64,000 nucleotides of DNA from the human T2T-CHM13v2.0 reference genome, Homo sapiens. A program made the position numbers and the translations under genes. The stretch is from NCBI RefSeq assembly GCF_009914755.1, contig NC_060932.1. The stretch is one strand, 5' to 3'. Below the pieces are notes generated by a model, which saw only the letters and a program-made list of their open reading frames with translations, was not told the origin of the DNA and did no database searches. Below, in pieces: positions 1 to 12,024 of this stretch; within the stretch, counting starts at the first letter, position 1; each line of letters opens with the position of its first letter.

Positions 1-300
1 GTATCTTTTCATATGTTTATTTGCCATCTGTGTATCTTCTTTGGAGATAATGTGTTCATATCTTTTGGCCAGTTTAGAAATTTTGTTGTTTGTTTTATCA
101 TCACTGAGTTTTAGGAGTTCTTTGTCTATTTTGGATACAATTCCTTTATTATATATAGGATTTACAAATATTCCCTCCCAGCCTGTTTTTTTCATTCTCT
201 CAATAGTATCTTTTTCCCAGTAGAAGTTTTAGCTTGGAATTAAGTCCAATTTATCATTTTTTTCTTTCATCAATTATGCTTTTGGTTATTTATTACTACT
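1..300 (-). mobile_element. Old L1M ORF2 3' fragment (antisense), continues at ~1520
   Basis: catatgtttatttgccatctgtgtatcttctttggag...gagttctttgtctattttggatacaattcctttatt matches the antisense of the L1 ORF2 C-terminal region; the next L1 block resumes at ggtctcctagactttctcctatgtt (~1521). Confidence 0.85.
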
Positions 301-324
301 TTTGAGGGTTTTTCCATTTATATT

Positions 325-1518
325 TTTAATTTCAATTTTAATTGACAACAATGTGTATTTATGAGGTGCAATGTTTAGAAACATTACTTGTGTACTTTGT
401 ACACCTGTGAGTAACCAGATGTCTCCCTCATGAAAACAAGCTAAGCTCAATGAGCTGACTATTTTGAATCCTGATTTTGGACAGGGCCTTTTGGCCAAAG
501 ACTTGAAGTGATTCTCTGTTGACCAGAAGCCTGTACTTGGGATCATAAAATAAACTTCATCTCTGTGCTGTGCCTCTTGGGGTGGAAGGGGCAGGATTAA
601 GCAGCTTCTATTGCATTTCTGTTCCTAAATTTCATTGTGTTGATTTTTTTCCCTTCCCAGTCAATGATCTTAATTATTTTCAAAAATATATATTTTTAAA
701 ATCTTTACAAATTACCTGCTTTGTTTTGGATTATTTTCTATGTCTAAACCTGCCCGGGCAGGTCTTTTCACTTGGAGGCGTGGAGGCCGGGGAGACTGAC
801 CCAGCTCACACACAGCAAATGGGTGGTGGACCTAGAAGGCACACCTGCACCCCACAAGCCTGCGTTCCTAACCACCACTCTTTGCATGTTGTTGTTTTGA
901 CTTTAGCTTCCGGCCTCAAGCCTCAGTTTCCTCCATAAAATAAAATAGTGTGAGTAAATCCAAGACAAAAAAATTATATCAAAAATTATACCAATCTAAT
1001 TAGCATATTTATCACCTCACATACTTTTTTTTTACTGAGAATATTAAAATGTACTCTCTTAGCAATTTTGAAATATGCAATACATAATTATTAGTTATTG
1101 TCCCCATGCTATGTACTAGATCTTGAAATTTATCCTTCCTTATTCCTATCTAACTGAAACTTGGCATTCTATTTCTTCATTTTTTGCTTCCCTTCCACCC
1201 CTAGCCACTGGCAACCACCATAATGTTCTCTACTTCTATAGGTTCCATTGTATTAAATTTCACATATAAGTAAGATTATATACTTATCTTTCTGTGCCTG
1301 GCTTATTTCACTTAGCAAAATGTCTTCCAGGTTCACATATGTTGTCACAAATGGCAAGTTTTCTTTATTAAAAACTAAATAGTATTCCATTATATATATA
1401 TATGTTTCTCAACTATTCATCTGTTGGTGGACATAGTTTGATTTCACATCTTGGCAATTGTGACTAATGATGCAAATAAACAGGGGAGTGCAGACATTTC
1501 TTCAACATACTGATTTCT
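325..1518 (-). mobile_element. L1MA-type 3' end (about L1MA4-8), split by a ~600-bp foreign insert at ~392-975
   Basis: Left piece attgacaacaatgtgtatttatgaggtgcaatgtttagaaa and right piece ccaatctaattagcatatttatcacctcacatac...ggagtgcagacatttcttcaacatactgatttc are adjacent in the L1MA 3'UTR consensus. Confidence 0.85.
762..880 (-). mobile_element. MIR fragment inside the foreign insert
   Basis: gaggccggggagactgacccagctcacacacagc...agcctgcgttcctaaccaccact resembles MIR gaggcacagagagg...gcccaaggtcacacagc...agcctgtgctcttaaccactacact; a MIR-core-like agcctcagtttcctc also lies at ~919-933. Confidence 0.6.
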
Positions 1519-1746
1519 ATGGTCTCCTAGACTTTCTCCTATGTTATCTCCTAAAAGTTTTATAATTTTGAATTTTGAATTTTTGTCTTTAATGTACTTT
1601 GGGTTAATTTTGGTGCAAAGTATAAGATCTGTAGTTAGATTCTTAATTTTTATATTTGATTTTAAATATGAATGGCTAGTTTTTCCAGCACTATTTGCTG
1701 GAAAGACTATCTTTTCTGCATTTAATTGCTTTTGTTCCTTGGTCAA

Positions 1747-2096
1747 TGATATGGTTTGGCTCAAATATCATTTTGAAGTTTAGTTCTGATAATCTGTATG
1801 TGTCATGAGAGGGACCCTGTGGGAGGCAATTGAATCATGGGGTCAGTTACCATCATGTTCTCATGATAGTGAGTGAATTTTCATGAGCTCTGATGGTTTT
1901 ATAAGGGGCTTTTCCCCCTTTGCTCAGCACTTCTTCTTCCTTCTTCCTGCCACCATGTGAAAAAGGACATAATTTGCTTTCCCTTTAGCTATGATTGTAA
2001 GTTTCCCCTCCAGCCCTGTGGAACTGTGAGTCAATTAAACCTCTTTCCTTTATAAATTACTCGGTCTTTATAGCAGCATGAGAATGGACTATTAAA
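1747..2096 (+). mobile_element. THE1C/D-type MaLR solo LTR
   Basis: tgatatggtttggc...ggaactgtgagtcaattaaacctctttcctttataaattac...gagaatggactattaaa; degenerate 5-bp TSD gtcaa/gtcta. Confidence 0.9.
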
Positions 2097-2125
2097 GTCT
2101 AAATCAGTTGATTATATTTTGTAAG

Positions 2126-2505
2126 TGAGAGATATGGTTTGTATTTGTGTCTCTGCCCAAATCTCATGTCAAATTGTAATTCCCATCGTTGGAGGAGGGG
2201 CTTTGTGGAAGGTGATTGGATCATGGGGGTGGATTTCCCACTTGATGTTCTCGTGATAGTGAGTTAATTATCACAAGATCTGGTTGTTTTAAAAATGTGT
2301 AGCATTTCCCCCTTCACTCTCTCTTTCTCCTGCTCCAGTCATGTAAGATGTGCCTCCTTCCCCTTCATCTTGTAAGTTTGCTGAGGCCTCCCTAGCCATG
2401 CTTCCTGTACTGCCTGTGGAACTGTGAGTCAATTAAACCTCTTTTCTTTGTAAACTACCCAGTCTCAGGTAGTTCTTTATAGTGATGTGAGAACAGACAA
2501 ATACA
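2126..2505 (+). mobile_element. MSTA MaLR solo LTR
   Basis: gatatggtttgtatttgtgtctctgcccaaatctcatgtcaaattgtaat...cagtctcaggtagttctttatagtgatgtgagaacagacaaataca; degenerate TSD gtaag/gtagg. Confidence 0.9.
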
Positions 2506-2650
2506 GTAGGTGTATTTTGGGGTTCTCTGTTTTGTTTCATTAACTGGTTTGTCCGTAAGTCTTAAATTTCATAGTGTCAGTCCTGTAAATTTGTTCTTCT
2601 GCTTCAGTTATATATTTAATGTTATGGGCTTTAGACTTTTCATATAATTA

Positions 2651-2735
2651 TTTTTCCAATGATAACTACTTGATTGTACTATGTTTTAAGATTTTGCAAT
2701 ATAAATATTCGTTGAATAATGATTAAAAGAGATTG
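2651..2735 (+). repeat. Dispersed 85-bp direct repeat, copy 1 (partner at 24642-24726)
   Basis: Ungapped manual alignment gives 77/85 identity. Confidence 0.95.
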
Positions 2736-2957
2736 TTTTTGTCATCAAAATAACTTGCTGGGATTTTACTGGGATTGCATTAAATCTGTAGATCATGTGA
2801 GAATAATTGATATTTTAACAATATTGAATCTTTCTATCCATGAACATGGAATATCTGTCCATTTATTTATATCTTCTTTGATTTCTTTTATCTTAATTTT
2901 ATAGTTTTATCCATTTGATACCATACATATTTTGTTCGATTTATACCTAATTATTTC

Positions 2958-3257
2958 TTTTTTTTTTTTTTTTTTTTGAGAAGGAGTCTGGCTCTGTCGC
3001 CCAGGCTGGAGTGCAGTGGCGCAGTCTCTGCTCACCACAAGCTCGGCCTCCTGGGTTCATGCCATTCTCCTGCCTCAGGCTCCTGAGTAGCTGGGATTAC
3101 AGGTGCCCGCCACCATGCCCAGCTAATTTTCGTATTTTTAGTAGAGATGGGGTTTCATTGTGTTAGCCAGGATGGTCTCAATCTCCTGACCTCGTGATCC
3201 ACCCGCCTCGGCCTCCCAAAGTGCTGGGATTACAGGCATGAGTCACGGTGCCCTGAC
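2958..3257 (-). mobile_element. AluY
   Basis: PolyT head, caagctc..cctcctgggttcatgccattctc and gtgttagccaggatggtctc diagnostics; TSD taattatttc at 2948-2957 and 3258-3267. Confidence 0.95.
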
Positions 3258-4884
3258 TAATTATTTCATTTTTAAGGTGCTTGTCAAATCAGTCTCATAA
3301 GAATCAGAAATCTTACACAGCACTCTACTTTGCTAATTCGTATGTTACCAATGATAGGTTATGGATAATTGAAAGATAGGTGAACCTGAAGTAATATCAA
3401 CCATTTTCACAAATACACCCTTGTTTCATTAAAGCAGCATGTTGGTCCAGATTTATCATGTACATTTTTAGGTGGTGCACGTGGTGTATCATTTAGCTCA
3501 TGGAAGCAATTTAGGTAATGAAGATCAACATTTTATACTACACTGATTTATATATTAAGGGACATTTTCCAGAGTTTCATCCCTTGTAAATCAATAAATT
3601 CTCAGTTTGTCTACAAAAAAAAAACATGGACACTAAGAAAATCATGCTAAAAGTAATTCATAAATAAGAACTTCATTTTATCTTTCATTAGTAATTATCA
3701 TCAGGAAGAAATTGAATGCTATTTCTTTTTCTCCTCTGGGGAAAGAGTTTGGATTATAGGTAAGTTGCTAGCCCTTTTCTTCACTGGGGTGTTTGTGTGT
3801 GAGGGGAGTTTAGGAACTGGGGGAATGAGGAAGAGGAAGACAGCAAGAGCATCTGAGAAATTTTTAAACTCCAATAAATATAAGATTTACCTAGTTTAAG
3901 AACATCATATTAACTATACACATTTTCTTTGTATTTTTTCCTAGATGAGATACTATATTTTTCTATTTACAAGTTGGTGCTACTGATTATTTTTAAGGAC
4001 CTAATAGCCTCCTTTTATTTTTCCAAAAATATTGATTGATTATGGTATAATGAATGAATTATTAGTTTTAGAGTAAGGCTAAACTTACCCTACCACTTTT
4101 TAAAAACTATCGGAATCTGGTAGTTTCTAGCTGTATGAATCTAACCTATACAACATTTTGTTATTTTACTTATGAAGTGGATATTATTAGGCCTTCCTTT
4201 TTATTATTTCATTGATTAAAGATTATATTAAATACACAGAATAGGGATGGGTACATCTTAAGCATGACCATTGTTACAATTATTATCCATATTACATTCT
4301 TCCTTAACTGTGTTAAATAAAATAAAATAAGTAAAGTAAATTTGGGTTCTTCTTATTTTAAACTGTGTAATAGTATGATCAAGTTAATGTTCTAAAGTTA
4401 TTCTCCAAAAATTATCCCACTAAAAGCTATTTCTTCTTAAAAACTGTTCAGTCAGTACAGAATACTAGGCCAGTATAATAACATTAGAACTAGAAGACCT
4501 GAGAAGAAAAAGATTAAATATAGAGTCCATATTAAATAAGTTTTAGTGGTAGGTATATTATACTAGTGTTCTTAGGCTTTCACAACACTGGCATACTCTC
4601 TGAATAATACATGTAAATAATTATTTTGATCAGGTAGAAAATAAGAATGAAATAATATCTTTACCCATCTTAAGGGTCAGATTGAGTGAATACTGAGAAA
4701 TAAAAATTCAATAGAGGATTTTGCTCTGTAATAGTAAAATAGTCACTAATTAGATAAGTATTAAGTTCTACCAATATAGAAGTTAAAAATTGGGATACTT
4801 GAGGCTCAATTTTTTCCATGGGCTGCATTTTTTATTAGTAATCATCAAGCCTTTATGGAAAAGGTATACATTGTAATGTATCCC

Positions 4885-5052
4885 TGGATGTACATTAAAA
4901 TCACCTGGAGAACTTTTTAAAACACCATTGCTAAGTCCCCAATCAAACCTATTAAGTGAGAATCTTTGATAGTGAAACTTGGACCTTAAGGCTTCAGAAT
5001 TTTAAAATGAACCCAAGTGATTCCAACAAAGAGCCATGTTTGAGAGCCAATG
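4885..5052. mobile_element. MER5A/B-like hAT-Charlie MITE
   Basis: acattaaaatcacctggagaactttttaaaa...ccaagtgattcc...tttgagagccaatg. Confidence 0.7.
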
Positions 5053-5489
5053 ACCTAGTGGCAAATTCACTGACAAACTAATAGTTCTAAAAATAACCAG
5101 ATAATATTAAAAGGTTTTTTTTTCATAATTATTACTGGAAAAAATGGAGTCACACTAGAACTTCAATATTTGATTGAAAATCAACAATTAATAAATGTAG
5201 GAAACATATAATTTGGGCTAGGTATCTACAAATCATAGACAGGATCTTTATATTGGATTGGTAGTTATGTGGTTATTGCCCCAAATAAGTTTAAGCAAAG
5301 TTGTCATTTTCTAAGATTTATAAAATTTCTCATTCTTCAAACTATGTAAGTTTTTAGGCTATGCTAGCAAAAATGCAAGGATACTCTCTAGTGAAACAAA
5401 CCTTAAACTTTTGACTCATGATCCCAGGAGCTCTGAATTTGTATAGGCTGACAGGACATGTAACATTTTCACTAAGTCACATAATAAAG

Positions 5490-5554
5490 ATTATGTGATT
5501 GTCCTTTACAAAAGTATGTCCTTTTCATACTTTTGAAAAGGACAGTCACATAAT
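5490..5554. repeat. Near-perfect inverted repeat (29-bp arms, 7-nt loop)
   Basis: attatgtgattgtcctttacaaaagtatg (5490-5518) versus catacttttgaaaaggacagtcacataat (5526-5554): 27/29 Watson-Crick pairs plus one G-T. Confidence 0.95.
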
Positions 5555-6304
5555 TTTTTTTCACTATATAAAAACAACAAGCCCTTGTGGGAGCTGAAAT
5601 CATGAATATGATACTTTAAACAATAGAAATACTAAGCCAAAAGTAAGGAAGAAAAGAAGACATTGGTATTAGTTATAATGTTATTTGAAAAAAAAGCTTG
5701 GGAGGTTTGTGTGAAAAAGAATTTTCTACAAAAGTCGGGTACCCTTGAAATGTACACTGATAGAAGAAATCCAAGACATTGAAATTTAGTGTATTCCACT
5801 AAAACTGTGTCCTTTCATACTAAAAATTTGCTTCTGAAAAAAGGTGTTCGAATTTCATATTCTAGCAGTTTACTTTTAACTTTTTTACAAGCTGATTTTC
5901 AAACATGACTATTGCATTTTCTTAATGTTAAAATCTGCATTATAAAAGCTTGGGATTGGACTATATTCTAACAAAATAACTAAAATTATACCATGGTAAG
6001 CATGTATTTGCATAATTCCTATAAGCAGGCTTCAGAATTAAAAGCTTAAGAATAATATTTTGGCAAAACATTAGACAATTTTTGAGGTCAAAAACAACAA
6101 AAAATGAATCTTTATTCCATTACTGAAAAGAAAAACTTTTAAATAAAAGGTAACAAAAGTTTGTAGAACTTAGTGTAGGCTGGAAATGCAGGCTAAAACC
6201 CAACACTAACATCGAAGAGGCAGCACATGAAAAAGAAATTGGAATCATCATAAAGTTTTTAAACAAGAACATCTGGTGATAATGTCATCAATAGGATCCC
6301 CACC

Positions 6305-6607
6305 TTTTTTTTTTTTTTTTTTTTTTTTTTGAGATGGAGTCTTGCTCTGTCACCCAGGCTGGGGGTGCAGTGGCACAATCTTGGCTCAATGAAACCTCCA
6401 CCTCTGAGGTTCATGCAATTCTCCTGTCTCAGCCTCCCTAGTAGCTGGAATTACAGGTGCATGCCACCACGCCTGGCTAATTTTTGTATTTTTAGTAGAG
6501 ATGGGGTTTCAATACGTTGGCCAGGCTGGCTTCGAACTCCTGACCTCAAGTGATCTGCTCTCCTCAAAAAATGTTGGGATTGTACGTGTGAGCCACCACT
6601 CCCTGCC
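6305..6607 (-). mobile_element. AluS (Sx/Sz-like)
   Basis: PolyT head, gagatggagtcttgctctgtcacccaggctgg...cctgacctcaagtgatctgc...gtgagccaccac. Confidence 0.95.
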
Positions 6608-7584
6608 TCTGCAACCATTTTGAAGCTCAAGATTTGAACTGTAAGGGAGGATTTTGCCTAGGTCACATTATATACCTGTTTCTTTACTTGCCCAATAGGG
6701 AAAACGTAGTTTCTCTAAACAGGTAATTTGGGTGATATTAGAAATGGATGCTGCATATCCAGAAATAGGCATATGCTCTCTATTGAAAAGAAAACAAAAA
6801 TTATCTGTGCCAAGAATTGCAAACTTGAAAAATTTTCTTTAATGCCAGGTTTGTGCAACATGGTGTAATACTATGTCTCCCTCGTGTATGTATGCATTAA
6901 TATTTATTTTTAAATTTTCTTTAAAAATAAGAAGGAAAACAGCTTTTTAGAAGTGTTAACTTATTAGGCCAAGAGATGAAGTTTTTTTTTACTATAGGTA
7001 TCACACATTGTAATAATTGTGTGCTAAGAACATCGTAGATGAGCATTATTGAAACTGAAATCTGAATGTAACAAGGTCTGTGTTTTCACAGAACTCTTGA
7101 TCAAGTAGGATTATAAGTATCTACTGAGCTAAGAATCCAATTATGCTAGATTCTAAGCCAATGCTCTTTTTCAGTTGAAATTTTGAGAGCACATTTGATT
7201 TCCAATTTCCATTATAAAGTGTCAAGCAGACACTTGTATTTTTTGCAAGCCATAAATGCTGCAGACAGGCCATGTGAGGATAATACAAAATGGAAACTTG
7301 GGCTATTTTACTCTTGAAATATTTTATCTGCTTCCATGTATTGCACATGATCCCCATGCTCTTTGAATTGGAAAGTACTTTAAAAATATATCTTATTGAT
7401 ATCCCATTGGTAATTAAAACAATCAATAAACAAACAACTGTTCTTTATTGCATGGTATATAATAAAACAGGTTTTATGTCAGAAATAACATGTTACGATT
7501 TGTTATAAATATTACAATATACATTTCCTTTTATTATAATATTTAATTATATTTTATATTCATGCTAAAAATATTTGGTTGTTT

Positions 7585-8005
7585 TCACAGAGCCATTCTT
7601 CTCTTTCTTTACTTGCTAATAGGTCTCCAATAGTGTTTGTAGAGTAAAGTACCCAGACCAAGGGCTTGAATTAATTTGAGTTAAATTCTTTAATGATATT
7701 CTCATTCTCTTTTTCCAATGACAGTTCTCAGGTGGTATATGATATAGTTCTGGCCAAATATACATAGAAATATCTGTTTAATGCTTATGGGCAAAATGTT
7801 ATTATCTGATAAGAGAAAGGGGATTAAGAACTCTGTCTTTTTCTGTGGATAGTGTGTTGTAAGGGGTTAATGCTTTAGTTGCTACATTATATTGAGGCCA
7901 AGAAACAGAGAAATGTCTGCTTCTAGCCTTTATGAATTATGCAACAAATATCAGAATAAGTTGTGTGTTCTGTTACCTGCAGTCAAAACATTTCCAACTT
8001 ATGCA
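7585..8005 (+). mobile_element. Old MLT1 (J/K-like) MaLR LTR
   Basis: gatatagttctggccaa and the terminal ttctgttacctgcagtcaaaacatttccaacttatgca resemble the MLT1 end ttacttgcagccaaaagcatcctaactgataca. Confidence 0.6.
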
Positions 8006-8857
8006 CTAGAAATGTATTAGCTTGTTTTCCATTTAACAAGTGAGAAACATGGTACCTTAAATTATATAAGGAAAAAATACATTTTGTTGATAAACACTCA
8101 AAAATTATTTATAATATCATTTACTTGAGTTATAGTTTTAAAATAGATCAGAAATTATCTTGGAGTTGCTCTATCAAAAATGGAATAAATATTGAAAAAC
8201 TATTGGTATAATACATTTTGTATTTGTTGTTAAAACTTGAAGAAAAGGGATTTTGAGTAGCTATTGGCAGTTTACAAAATACAAATTGTAGCACACTTTA
8301 AGCTTGCATTATCTTCAGCACTTGAATAGCACATTTGTAAGTTTCATTTTAACATTAATTTTAACTTGTTAGAAACATTGTCATGCTTACTATAACTTAA
8401 AGTTATAACTCAGTTAAAGAAAAAAAATTTAAAATCAATCATATATACTTAATTAATGGTGTATAAAAATTTCCGAGGGATATTGAATATTCATGACAAA
8501 AACTCAAGCAATATCAACACAAAGCATACAAATCCAACTTGAAAAATGTACTAATTTCTCCCCATCTTCCAGAAAACTTGACTAGACCCTTGGATACACA
8601 AAAATCTTATGAAATAATTTATTTCTGTATTCTGTGGAACACTAATTCTGAAAGGTTCAATACGTAGTTAATAAAATTCAAGTATTCTATAGTTGTAAAA
8701 CCTTCCCTTCACACAGAATAACTACTAACACATCAAGGGTGCCATTTTTTACACATAGATCTGGGAAAACTAGCTTAAAAACACATGGATATTTAAAAAA
8801 TAAGTATATTTAGGGGCATGTAGTATAGTACATATAAAAATATCCACACCACAGACA

Positions 8858-9075
8858 AGGTAGTATAGTGTGTGAACTATCTCTCAAACTGGAACCAGTT
8901 TTGCCACTTTCTAGATCTGTGACCTTGGGTAAGTTATGTAATTTCAATGGTTACTTTATCCATAAGATGGAAATAATAGTCATTGTTGCTCAGAATCTTT
9001 GTAAACATTAGAAAAGTTATTATGCCAAAAGCTCTTAGAAAAGTGCCTGATAGATAGTAAATACTGTATACATGT
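8858..9075 (+). mobile_element. MIR
   Basis: ttttgccactttctagatctgtgaccttgggtaagtta...aagctcttagaaaagtgcctgatagatagtaaatact. Confidence 0.8.
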
Positions 9076-10531
9076 ATCTCTTATGATTTGACTTCTATAT
9101 TTTCTCTGTAATCATCGGAGAGTTCTCTGAATTCTACTGATATGTTTGGAAGCACCTTAACATCATGGTTATCAGTATGATGTACAACTTTTGAATATTC
9201 TAGATTTCCTTTTTTTATTAGTAATATGAGCTGTCAACTTCCTGAAATTCCAATGAGATTTGAATAGTTGATTTTTTCAACTCTTCCATTTTTTTTTAAA
9301 GAAATCAACGTTATTGTATTTCTATTAAGTATAATCCATTTGTAGAATACTGGCATAATCTCTTCACTGTAGAATGGGTCATTTACAGATTTCTGCGTTT
9401 TATTGATCTTGTTAGTAAGAACTTTATGCCTACATATTATTAAGAACATTTCTATTATCATTGTCCCTTTTAATTTTGGTAAAATGCAATGATAATGCCT
9501 TACCCTCAAAGTATTTTATTTCTTTTTCCCCAGGAAATAATAACTATGCAGCTTATTTAATCAGAAAATGCTACTGGAGACTTCCACATGTGTAGAGATA
9601 CCACAACTTGTAATCTAAGAAATTATTAAAAGCTCAGCTTGACAACAATTGATGTAACTATTTTAGAGAAGCTACAATACTCACATTAATCTGCTCAGTT
9701 CATATACAAAGTTGAAATTTCAGAGAAATAAACAGTAACTCCTATTACGAAATATCCATGCGATCGTATTGCAATTCATTTTACTAAATCTAGGGTTAAG
9801 CCAAGTTCAATTTGCTTAACAGTATCCACCAGAATAAATGCAAAATAACTGCCTGCTTAAAACGTTAGTTTAATTAACATAATCCCACTCTTTTTCATAT
9901 AGAGTTATGTTATAAATGTGAAAAATAGACATGTAAAACAAAGAAGTTCCTCCAAGTTATACTTATTTTTTCAATACATATGCACTTTTAAGCTAGTTTT
10001 CCCATATCTATGTGTAGCAAATGGCACTCATGATGTATTAATAGTTATTCTGTATGTGAGGGGAAATTTTTATGACTACAGAACACTTTAATTTTATAAA
10101 CGACCTATTGACAACTTTCAGAATTAGTGTTTCTTTGAACACAATTTGTTAAATGCTCTTGTAATTCTTATTCACTAACAGATACTGCTAAAGCATGAAA
10201 TCAAAGAAACCCAAGCCATCTTAATACTAAACTCAATTTTATTTTGTCTAAAAATCATTCTCTTTCATGTAAGCACATCTACAGCATTTATAAATATTAT
10301 CATTTTTGTATTCATAAACATAAAATATGTGTGAAGAATTCATTGCCTATACCAAAAACAAAGTTAAGGCATATAAAATTGAATTATGATCAGAAAAAAT
10401 AACACTTCACTGAGTTAATTCTAAATTTTACTTATTATTTATTAATAGCTATGTCATTCTGTATAAAAGGCAAACAAACAAAGAAAAAATACCTAGTAGT
10501 ATGTCTGGAGTAATAAATTTGTTTAGAATAT

Positions 10532-10937
10532 TGTATTAAGCTGTTTTCGCATTGTGGTAAGAATGAAATACTTGAGACTAGGTAATTAATGAGGAAGGAA
10601 GTTTAATTGGCTCACTGTTCTGCAGTGCATATGGGAAACACAGCACAGGCATTTGCTTCGCTTCTGGGGAGACCTCAGGGAGCTTACAATCATGGCAGAA
10701 GGGGCAGGGGAAGCAGGTGTCTCACATGGCACAGTAGGAGTGAGAGAGAATAAGGAGGAGGTTCCACACACTTTTAAATAACCAGATCTTTGGAGAACTC
10801 ACTATCGTGAAGACAGCACAAAGCCATGAGGGATCTGCCCCGGAGATCCGAATGCCTCCCATGAGGACCCACCTCCAGAATTGGGGATTACAATTCAACA
10901 TGAGATTCGAGTGGGGACAAATATCCAAACTATATCA
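10532..10937 (-). mobile_element. MSTB-type MaLR solo LTR
   Basis: tgtattaagctgttttcgcattg...ggagcttacaatcatggcagaagg...ggggattacaattcaacatgagattcgagtggggacaaatatccaaactatatca. Confidence 0.9.
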
Positions 10938-11351
10938 ATATATTATCTGAAGAAATAGTAACTTTCAATAAATAATACCATTAACTATAAATAGTATACA
11001 AAAATGCTCATTAATAAAAGCAACAATGAATTGTCATCATCAAATGAAGTTAAAGATGAACATTCTCTATTCTTCTTCCTATTCATAGTTTCCGGCTACT
11101 CAATGTGGTTTGACATATATAGATTTTTTTTATTACGAGATAATAAAATCACGTAGATTTTTATTATTTTTAGAAATAATCCCCAGATTTCTGATGTAAT
11201 CCATAACATACAGATTTAACCTTTAAAATCTGAAAAGCACATGCTTTGATTTTAGCTGGAAACATTAAATATTTTGAGATTCTGCTAAATGACATCAAAA
11301 GAACTTAGTGAAATTTAAAGACTATATAAAATCAGACTATTTCCTTCAAGA

Positions 11352-11636
11352 TTTTTTTTTTTTTCCTGAAACAGAATCTCGCTCTATCGCCCTAGCTGGA
11401 ATGCAGTGGCCTGATCATGGCTAACTGCAGCCTTGACCTCCAGGGCTCAGTTGATCCTCCCACCTCAGCCTCCTGAGTAGCTGGCATGCACCACTGTGCC
11501 AATTTTTTGTATTTTCTATAGAGACGGAGTTTTGCCATGGTACCCAGGCTGGTCTCCAACTCCTGGTCTCAGGTCATCTACCCGCCATGGCCTCCCAAAG
11601 TCCTGGAATTAGAGGTGTGAGCCACAGTGCCTGGCC
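11352..11636 (-). mobile_element. AluJ
   Basis: gatcatggctaactgcagccttgacctccagggctcagttgatcctcccacctcagcc (J diagnostics); degenerate TSD ttccttcaagat/ttctctaagat. Confidence 0.9.
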
Positions 11637-12024
11637 TTCTCTAAGATATTTAATATTCTCAAACTCCTCTCCACTTCTTTGCGCCAAAATCTTCTGACAG
11701 CGAGAGAGTTAGAAACCTTTAGTGACTCTAATTTCAGTCAGTCTGGGAAGTCCTTTGTCATGAAGCACAAACAGCTAACATTATCTTCAAATTTACCAGA
11801 TGTTGGGTGTTTTGTAGACATAATTCAAAAATTACATTTTTGTTTTTGGTATTTTGAGCCTTAATTATTAATTTTATAGTTTATAAGTGTATTTATTCAC
11901 AATAGGCATAAAAGTGTATATAAACTGCAAAATATGATTGATTTTTTAAAATGTTTAAACTCTTTCCAAGGAATCTATGAGGGCTGTGTTATAAGTATTT
12001 GATTACAATACTGTATTTCTGGTG

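Larger units (their letters stand above)
1520..3282 (-). mobile_element. Old L1M ORF2 fragment (antisense), interrupted by THE1, MSTA, an 85-bp insert and AluY
   Basis: ctagtttttccagcactatttgctggaaagactatc; ttgctgggattttactgggattgcattaaatctgtagatc; atccatgaacatggaatatctgtccatttattt are collinear L1 antisense blocks. Confidence 0.85.

Noticed and set aside
6675-6800. Minus-strand exon candidate (strong polypyrimidine acceptor, one open frame of ~35 codons)
   Set aside because: The donor is weak (cag|gtatat) and I found no partner exons or known peptide; consistent with chance.
9234-9509. Open frames on both strands in unique DNA
   Set aside because: Weak splice signals, AT-rich codons, and no recognisable homology.
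11679-11864. 61-aa ORF after an acceptor-like cttctgacag as a coding exon
   Set aside because: No convincing donor site and no recognisable protein similarity.
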